Assembly: GCA_026984135.1 (NCBI GenBank)
Contig: JALSSR010000095.1
Span: 1,840-65,839, forward strand
Direction of reading: 5' to 3'
Source: Bacteroidales bacterium
GTDB taxonomy: Bacteria > Bacteroidota > Bacteroidia > Bacteroidales > JAADJA01
DNA length: 64,000 bases
The notes below the pieces were generated by a model that saw nothing but the letters and a program-made list of their open reading frames with translations, was not told where the DNA came from and ran no database searches. Positions 58,099-64,000 of the stretch are shown in pieces (the stretch's first letter is position 1; every line of letters starts with the position of its first letter). Made by a program: the position numbers and the translations under genes.

Positions 58099-58209
58099 CA
58101 AGAGATCCGGTACTCCTCTAAAGTTTTGTGACGGGTTATTCGAGGGGTTGAAACTTGCAAATGTCAGGAAAAAAGAAACGGTTGAATGGTAAAATGGTTA
58201 AATAGGTAA

Positions 58210-58352
58210 CTGGCGACTGAAGACTGGCGACTGAAGATGCCGACCTTCGGTCGAGCATGCACGAAGCAAAGCTTCGGCACTGGCGACTGAAGACTGAAGA
58301 TGCAGACCTTCGGTCGAGCATGCACGAAGCAAAGCTTCGGCACCGGCGACTG
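58210..58352 (+). repeat. heptamer-phased GC-rich repeat with two copies (63-nt period) of the 51-nt double-hairpin core
   Basis: Core copies at 58236-58286 and 58299-58349, flanked by TGGCGAC/TGAAGAC heptamers. Same core as 30620-30670. Confidence 0.85.
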
Positions 58353-58403
58353 ATGACAAATAACAAAAACACAACATATTTATAAATTAAAAAACATACA
58401 GTT

Positions 58404-60326
58404 ATGCTTAAAAAAATTTCAAATTTTGCGGAATATTTTCAACAATACCAAAAGAGTGTTGACGACCCTGAAGGTTTTTGGGGTGCAATTGCCGAAAACT
58501 ATAAGTGGTACAAAAAATGGGATACGGTCCTCGACTGGTATTTCGAGGGCAAGGATGCTCCTTATGTGAAGTGGTTTAAAAATGCAAAGCTCAATATTAC
58601 CGAAAATATTTTCGAGCGTAATTTGCCTGAGCGTAAGGATCAGGTAGCTTTAATTTGGGAACCGAATAATCCGGAAGATAAAGAGATCAGGATTACTTAC
58701 GGTGAACTGTTTGAAAAAGTCAAACAATTTGCCAATGCCCTGAAAAAAATCGGAGTTAAAAAGGGTGACAGGGTTGCCATTTATTTGCCTATGGTTATTG
58801 AGTTGCCGATAGCTATGCTGGCTTGTGCAAGGATTGGTGCCATCCACTCTATAGTATTTGCGGGGTTCTCCGCTAATGCGCTGGCAGACAGGATTATTGA
58901 TGCCGAATCCAACGTTGTTATTACATCAGACGGAGGATACAGAGGAACAAAGACTATTCCTTTGAAAGCTATTGTTGACGAGGCTTTGAAATCTTGTCCT
59001 ACGATTGAACACTCAATAGTTTTGAAACATACGGGTGATGATGTTCCTATGAAAGAAGGACGCGATATCTGGTGGCACGACCTCATTGACGGTGTCGGTT
59101 TCGACAATGAAGCGGAAGTAATGGATTCCGAGGATACGCTCTTTATCCTTTACACCTCCGGTTCAACGGGAAAGCCTAAAGGTGTACTCCACACAATTGC
59201 AGGATATATGATGTATGCGGAATATACCTTCCTTAATGTTTTCCAATACAATGAAGGAGATGTGTGGTGGTGTACCGCCGATATCGGCTGGGTCACAGGT
59301 CACAGTTATATTGTTTATGGGCCGCTACTTGCCGGAGCTACTTCCGTAATGTTTGAGGGTGTACCCACCTGGCCCGATGCAGGTCGTTTCTGGGATGTGG
59401 TTGATAAATATAAAGTTAACCAGTTCTATACCGCCCCGACTGCCATACGCGCTCTCGTAGCCCAGGGAAATCAATATGTTACAAGCCATGACCTCTCATC
59501 TCTTAAAGTTCTCGGAACAGTGGGCGAGCCTATTAATGAGGAAGCCTGGAGATGGTATCACGATATCGTAGGAAAAGGTAAATGCCCCATTGTTGATACC
59601 TGGTGGCAAACCGAAACGGGAGGTATTATGATAACACCTCTTGCCGGAATAACTCCTACCAAGCCCTCTTTTGCAACTCTCCCGTTACCCGGTATTCAGC
59701 CTGTTCTCGTTGATAACGAAGGTAATATTCTTGAAGGAAACGGTGTTGAGGGTAACCTCTGCATCAAATTCCCTTGGCCGGGAATGCTCCGTACAACTTA
59801 CGGTGACCATAAGAGATGCTATCAGACTTACTTCTCGACATATCCCGGACTCTATTTCACCGGCGACGGTGCTAAACGCGACGAAGAGGGTTACTACAGG
59901 ATTATGGGGCGTGTGGATGATGTTATTAATGTGTCAGGTCACAGAATCGGTACGGCTGAGGTTGAGGACGCCATAAATCAGCACCCCAAAGTTAACGAGT
60001 CTGCAGTGGTTGGCTATCCTCATCCCATCAAAGGACAAGGTATTTATGCTTATGTCACTTGTGAAGAGTTGTCCGACAATGAACTTGAAACCATTGAGAA
60101 GGAAATCCGTGCAACAGTTACCAAAATGATCGGACCAATAGCCAAACCCGACGTTATCCAAATTGTCAGCGGACTTCCAAAGACCCGTTCGGGAAAAATC
60201 ATGCGCCGTATCCTCCGTAAGATTGGAGAAGGTGATGCATCCAATCTCGGTGACACCTCCACACTGCTTGACCCGGGCGTCGTAGAAGAGATAATCGGCG
60301 GTGCCAAAGTTGAAGTTAAACGATAA
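58404..60326 (+). CDS. acs: acetyl-CoA synthetase (AMP-forming)
   Basis: 640 aa with [20 protein letters not shown] and the [11 protein letters not shown] tail. Confidence 0.95.
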   Translation: MLKKISNFAEYFQQYQKSVDDPEGFWGAIAENYKWYKKWDTVLDWYFEGKDAPYVKWFKNAKLNITENIFERNLPERKDQVALIWEPNNPEDKEIRITYGELFEKVKQFANALKKIGVKKGDRVAIYLPMVIELPIAMLACARIGAIHSIVFAGFSANALADRIIDAESNVVITSDGGYRGTKTIPLKAIVDEALKSCPTIEHSIVLKHTGDDVPMKEGRDIWWHDLIDGVGFDNEAEVMDSEDTLFILYTSGSTGKPKGVLHTIAGYMMYAEYTFLNVFQYNEGDVWWCTADIGWVTGHSYIVYGPLLAGATSVMFEGVPTWPDAGRFWDVVDKYKVNQFYTAPTAIRALVAQGNQYVTSHDLSSLKVLGTVGEPINEEAWRWYHDIVGKGKCPIVDTWWQTETGGIMITPLAGITPTKPSFATLPLPGIQPVLVDNEGNILEGNGVEGNLCIKFPWPGMLRTTYGDHKRCYQTYFSTYPGLYFTGDGAKRDEEGYYRIMGRVDDVINVSGHRIGTAEVEDAINQHPKVNESAVVGYPHPIKGQGIYAYVTCEELSDNELETIEKEIRATVTKMIGPIAKPDVIQIVSGLPKTRSGKIMRRILRKIGEGDASNLGDTSTLLDPGVVEEIIGGAKVEVKR

Positions 60327-60338
60327 ATCTTCAAGCAT

Positions 60339-60370
60339 CGGGAAGGTCGTTTCCTTCCCGGTGTTTTTTT
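60339..60370 (+). terminator. rho-independent terminator-like hairpin between acs and the acetate channel gene
   Basis: CGGGAAGG-tcgttt-CCTTCCCG followed by gtgTTTTTTT. Confidence 0.6.
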
Positions 60371-60391
60371 ATAAATCAAAAAATTAATAAT

Positions 60392-60952
60392 ATGGAAAAT
60401 AAATTAGCTAATCCCGCTCCCCTCGGTTTGATGGGCTTCGGTATGACTACCGTCCTGCTTAATATTCACAATGCAGGATTTTTCCCGCTGGGATCAATGA
60501 TCCTTGCTATGGGAGTCTTTTACGGAGGTATTGCACAGGTTATTGCAGGAATTATGGAGTTCAGGAAAGGTAATACTTTCGGAACAACGGCCTTCACCTC
60601 TTACGGCCTTTTCTGGATGACACTCGTCTTTCTGATTGTCTTCCCCGTACTGGGTTGGCTTGAAAAACCGCCCGCAGGCTTTATGGGCTGGTATCTCTTT
60701 ATGTGGGGATTGTTTACCTTCTTTATGTGGATAGGTACTTTCGGTAAAAACCGTGCACTGCAGTTCGTATTCCTATCGTTGTGGATACTCTTTTTCCTGC
60801 TTGCCATCGAGCATTGGACCGGATCAAAGCCGGTCGGTACTTTTGCAGGATACGAAGGTATTATCTGCGGTCTCTCGGCAATCTATCTTGCTATGGCTGA
60901 AGTGATAAATGAATCTCACGGGAAAACGGTACTTCCCATCGGCGAAAGATAA
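60392..60952 (+). CDS. satP: GPR1/FUN34/YaaH-family acetate/succinate channel
   Basis: N-terminal [11 protein letters not shown] signature and six TM helices. Confidence 0.8.
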   Translation: MENKLANPAPLGLMGFGMTTVLLNIHNAGFFPLGSMILAMGVFYGGIAQVIAGIMEFRKGNTFGTTAFTSYGLFWMTLVFLIVFPVLGWLEKPPAGFMGWYLFMWGLFTFFMWIGTFGKNRALQFVFLSLWILFFLLAIEHWTGSKPVGTFAGYEGIICGLSAIYLAMAEVINESHGKTVLPIGER

Positions 60953-61309
60953 ATTTTTGAACTATCGGTTTTTTTTTTCAGCTGAAGCCTCAAAATTATT
61001 TTTGGGGCTTCACTGTTATGAATCGGCTGAATCGCTTGCATAAAATAATATTGTTTGTAAATATCGGATGGTGAAAAATAATCGTATAAAAAACGCAAGA
61101 CCACCTTTAACAGGATATCCGGTGGAGCGATGTCCCACTATTCAGTGAAACTTCGCAGTGCAAAGAAAAGGATAATATAATTAATTTTGAAATATCAAGC
61201 TTCTTAGAGGAGGATTTTTAAATTAATACAAGAATTTTCAAAGCAATGTACTCAAAGATTAAATATAACTTTAATAAGCAATTAACAGCTTGAACTTATT
61301 AACGAATAG

Positions 61310-61618
61310 TTATTGTTTGCCCGGAAAGGCATCAACATATCTGATGGTGAAGTCTTCAAAAGCATCAACATATCTGATAGTGAAATCTTCAAAGGCGTTG
61401 ACAAATTCCCATTCACCGCATTGGTCGGGATTGATGACATTTGTATCAACATCCAAATCTTCAAAGCTATCAACAACACGCACCTTGAAGTCTTCAAAGG
61501 CTTCTACAACGCGAACCTTGCCGTATAAAGGAATAGCTTTGCATTTGCAATCGTTGCTTATTGGTTCGTCATTAATCGTAACCGGAATTAATAAAAGTAA
61601 TAGTAAAAAAGATTTCAT
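61310..61618 (-). CDS. small secreted protein with tandem (A/S)FEDF(K/T)(V/I)R(V/Y)V repeats
   Basis: 102 aa with a signal peptide. Five FED(F/L) repeats. The two C-terminal units are a perfect 30-nt tandem duplication at DNA level. Confidence 0.55.
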   Translation of the reverse strand: MKSFLLLLLLIPVTINDEPISNDCKCKAIPLYGKVRVVEAFEDFKVRVVDSFEDLDVDTNVINPDQCGEWEFVNAFEDFTIRYVDAFEDFTIRYVDAFPGKQ

Positions 61619-62357
61619 AAAAAGAATATTAAATTAACACTTTATTCCTATCCAAGACTACGGGAATAATGCAAGAAATGTACCAATACGTTTTAATATG
61701 ATTTATTCACCGGTTATGCAGGTTTTTTTGTTTAATTTATAATCAAGCTCTTTGCATTTACCGATGAATTGGCGTTTAGGCATAGTGAATTTAATATGCA
61801 TGGAGTCCTTTTTAGGCAACGCCAGTCCTTTCCATTTGCTATCGGCTTGGTTATTGCCGCCGGACCCTTGATGCTGCATAGCCCGGGCAAATTTACGTAT
61901 CTGTTTTTTGATTGGATATTATGCCCCGCTTCACCACCTTCATTATGAATTTTCGCATATTCTTTGTAGCTTGAGATTGGATATGAATTGTTTGGGGTGT
62001 TTAGAAGTTTTTTTAAAAATAATTTGACATTTGTGTAATTACTTTTGTATATTTACAACCTTGATTCTACGGATTCGATGAACATCGTTGCCCCTATTAT
62101 TTCGGGGCTTCTGCTTTTTTATAAAATTCGGTTAAATTGCCGTACTCCCAAAGCCATACTTCATCTATTTTTTGACCTTCCAATATCCTCATGCCGATAT
62201 TTCTTTTGATAAAGTAGTGGTTGGCACCGCCTGAATTGCCAATAATCAATCTTGGCAATTGTTTTAGCCCTCTGTTGAATTTGCCGGCTTTCGACTTCGT
62301 AAAATTTGCCATCTATCAAGAGTTTCGGGCACCTGCGTTTATGCCTTGTACCTTTGG

Positions 62358-64000
62358 GTTGTGAATTGCTTTCATTTTGTATCCCCGCCTGACTGGCGCA
62401 GTCGGGCAGGTTTGACGTATTGAACACAGTCAACTGAATTTGAGGGAAAAGTAGAGAAGGGGAAAGATTATATTTTAGTTGATGATATTTTTACTACTGG
62501 ATCATCTCTTGGAGGGTTAAAAAATATATAGAATCTAATGGAGGCAACGTTGTAGCAATATTTACATTAGCTTCATCAAGAAAGAGAAGTGTTTTTTCTT
62601 TAAAAAACTTGATAAGAAAAAAATTAATTAGTAAATTTGCCGGAAGTGATTTAAATAAAACATTAAAAGATTATGGAATCGCAGAAAATATTGAGGATCT
62701 TACCGAAAGCCAAGGAGAATACATTCTCAAATTCGCCTCGCTTGACAAGTTCAGAAATGCAATCTTTAAAAGCAGATATGAAGAAGGCCTACGAGTATTT
62801 GATGAAAAGAAGAAAGAGTCAAAAGTAAGTAGTGATTCAGATTATTTAAAAAATAAAACATCTAAAGAAAAAGCCACAGAAGAAAATTATCAAAAAATAT
62901 TTGATGATATTTCAAAAATTGCTCCTAATGCTTTAACAGTTAAAGTTGTAGATTCTATTGATGATTTACCGGATTATGTTAAAACACATCCTTTATTTAA
63001 GTCAGATATATTTGCTGCGGTAAATAATGGAGAAACTCTTTTTGTATTAAAATCATCAATAGAAAGCAGAGAAGATGTAGTGAAGATTTGGTTGCACGAA
63101 AACGGAGTTCATCAAGGTTTAAAAAATCTTATTACTTCAGAACCCGAAAGAATAAGATTTTTAGAAAAAGTATATGATGACTTTATTGAAATAGAAAAAA
63201 AGATAATCAGTTTCAACAAGTAGTTGATAAAGTGATAAATGAATATAATGGAGCGACTAAAGATACTTTAGGAAATGAATTTTTAGCATATTTGAGCGGA
63301 AAAGTAATGGATGAAAAGAATTTGACTCCATCAGAAAAAACATTATGGAATACTTTATAAGTAAAAGTTGTGAATTGCTTTCATTTTGTATCCCCGCCTG
63401 ACTGACGCAGTCGGGCAGGTTTGACGTATTGAACACAGTTAAAAAGTATGGTATTGACACAACGAATTTGTTGTGAATTGCTTTCATTTTGTATCCCCGC
63501 CTGACTGACACAGTCGGGCAGGTTTGACGTATTGAACACAGTGATAAAGCAAAAGTAAAAGATGTGATGTTCGTTGTGAATTGCTTTCATTTTGTATCCC
63601 CGCCTGACTGACACAGTCGGGCAGGTTTGACGTATTGAACACAGTAGGATCAAGAACTTAAAGGTTAAGACATCGTTGTGAATTGCTTTCATTTTGTATC
63701 CCCGCCTGACTGACGCAGTCGGGCAGATTTGACGTATTGAACACAGTAAGGATCAAGAACTTAAAGGTTAAGACGTCGTTGTGAATTGCTTTCATTTTGT
63801 ATCCCCGCCTGACTGACGCAGTCGGGCAGGTTTGACGTATTGAACACAGTTGCAATAGATAATGCATATACATCACGGTAGTTGTGAATTGCTTTCATTT
63901 TGTATCTTTGACGTATTGAACACAGTAATAGAAAAATGAACAAAAACAGATTTTCAGTTGTGAATTGCTTTCATTTTGTATCTTTGACGTATTGAACACA
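62358..64000 (+). CRISPR. CRISPR array (Bacteroidota type II-C-like repeat), 8 repeats in window, continues past the right edge; no cas genes in window
   Basis: 73-nt repeats: 62358-62430, 63367-63439, 63470-63542, 63573-63645, 63675-63747, 63778-63850. 46-nt repeats: 63881-63926 and 63957-64000 (cut by the window). 46-nt consensus GTTGTGAATTGCTTTCATTTTGTATCTTTGACGTATTGAACACAGT. Spacers are 29-30 nt except for a 936-nt interval. Strand is assigned from the GTTGTG... convention only. Confidence 0.9.
62433..63360 (+). pseudogene. 5'-truncated, twice-frameshifted gene fragment occupying a spacer position (PRTase-like motif; resembles phage/conjugative-element polyvalent-protein segments)
   Basis: Segment 1: EFEGKVEKGKDYILVDDIFTTGSSLGGLKN*. 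Shift in an A6 run. Segment 2: KKYIESNGGNVVAIFTLASS...WLHENGVHQGLKNL...EKKIISFNK*. Shift in an A-run. Segment 3: DNQFQQVVDKVINEYNGATKDTLGNEFLAYLSGKVMDEKNLTPSEKTLWNTL*. The reading frame opens at the repeat edge, and the natural stop is 6 nt before the next repeat. Confidence 0.6.

Noticed and set aside
62097-62433. 71-aa and 90-aa minus-strand ORFs next to the array, considered as possible cas2 or cas1 remnants
   Set aside because: I see no resemblance to Cas2 or Cas1 motifs that I can recall. The two ORFs are in different frames of one broken region, and the second runs into repeat R0. I report them only as unidentified debris.
63257-63943. Minus-strand ORFs 63257-63511, 63381-63692, 63658-63876 and 63761-63943, all containing VFNTSNLPDCVSQAGIQNESNSQ
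   Set aside because: They are translations of the CRISPR repeats (the shared peptide is the repeat itself) joined through spacers.

Overview
AT-rich chromosomal window that looks Bacteroidota-like: it has T9SS C-terminal sorting domains, TAnnTTTG promoter boxes, a DUF2723 protein and a 46-nt GTTGTG... CRISPR repeat. All calls come from reading the ORF translations and the DNA by eye; no database search was run, so family names rest on remembered motifs.

Layout:
(i) 1-3.3 kb: LolA-like protein, HAE3/MMPL exporter and arfB.
(ii) 3.5-27 kb: accessory locus. It holds a TPR/LytS-type kinase, a LytTR response regulator and a second LytTR protein. These are followed by a 1715-aa Kelch/beta-helix protein with dockerin-like and cohesin-like modules and a T9SS CTD. 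Next comes a 1149-aa protein with four cohesin-like modules alternating with Ig-like domains. Three more large secreted proteins follow (C10 peptidase-CUB, beta-propeller/beta-helix, repetitive beta-helix), plus one decayed paralog. The last four intact proteins and the remnant end in the same C-terminal module (about 222 aa in the intact proteins; only the last 62 codons in the remnant): a beta-rich domain, then a dockerin-like Ca-loop pair, then a terminal QVPx. I read this as a candidate T9SS-anchored, cellulosome-like surface assembly.
(iii) 27-61 kb: mostly housekeeping genes (gpmI, DUF2723, HK/RR pair, PPIase, radA, panCD, acyl-CoA carboxyltransferase, thioredoxins, mutS2, GH2 beta-mannosidase, porin-acs-satP). 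Unusual GC-rich intergenic repeat families are scattered among them.
(iv) 62.36-64.0 kb: a CRISPR array with no cas genes in the window. Six consecutive repeats carry an identical 27-nt hairpin insertion (73 nt versus the canonical 46 nt). One inter-repeat interval is a 936-bp 5'-truncated, frameshifted gene fragment.

Several apparent frameshifts sit in A-runs, so homopolymer sequencing error is a caveat.
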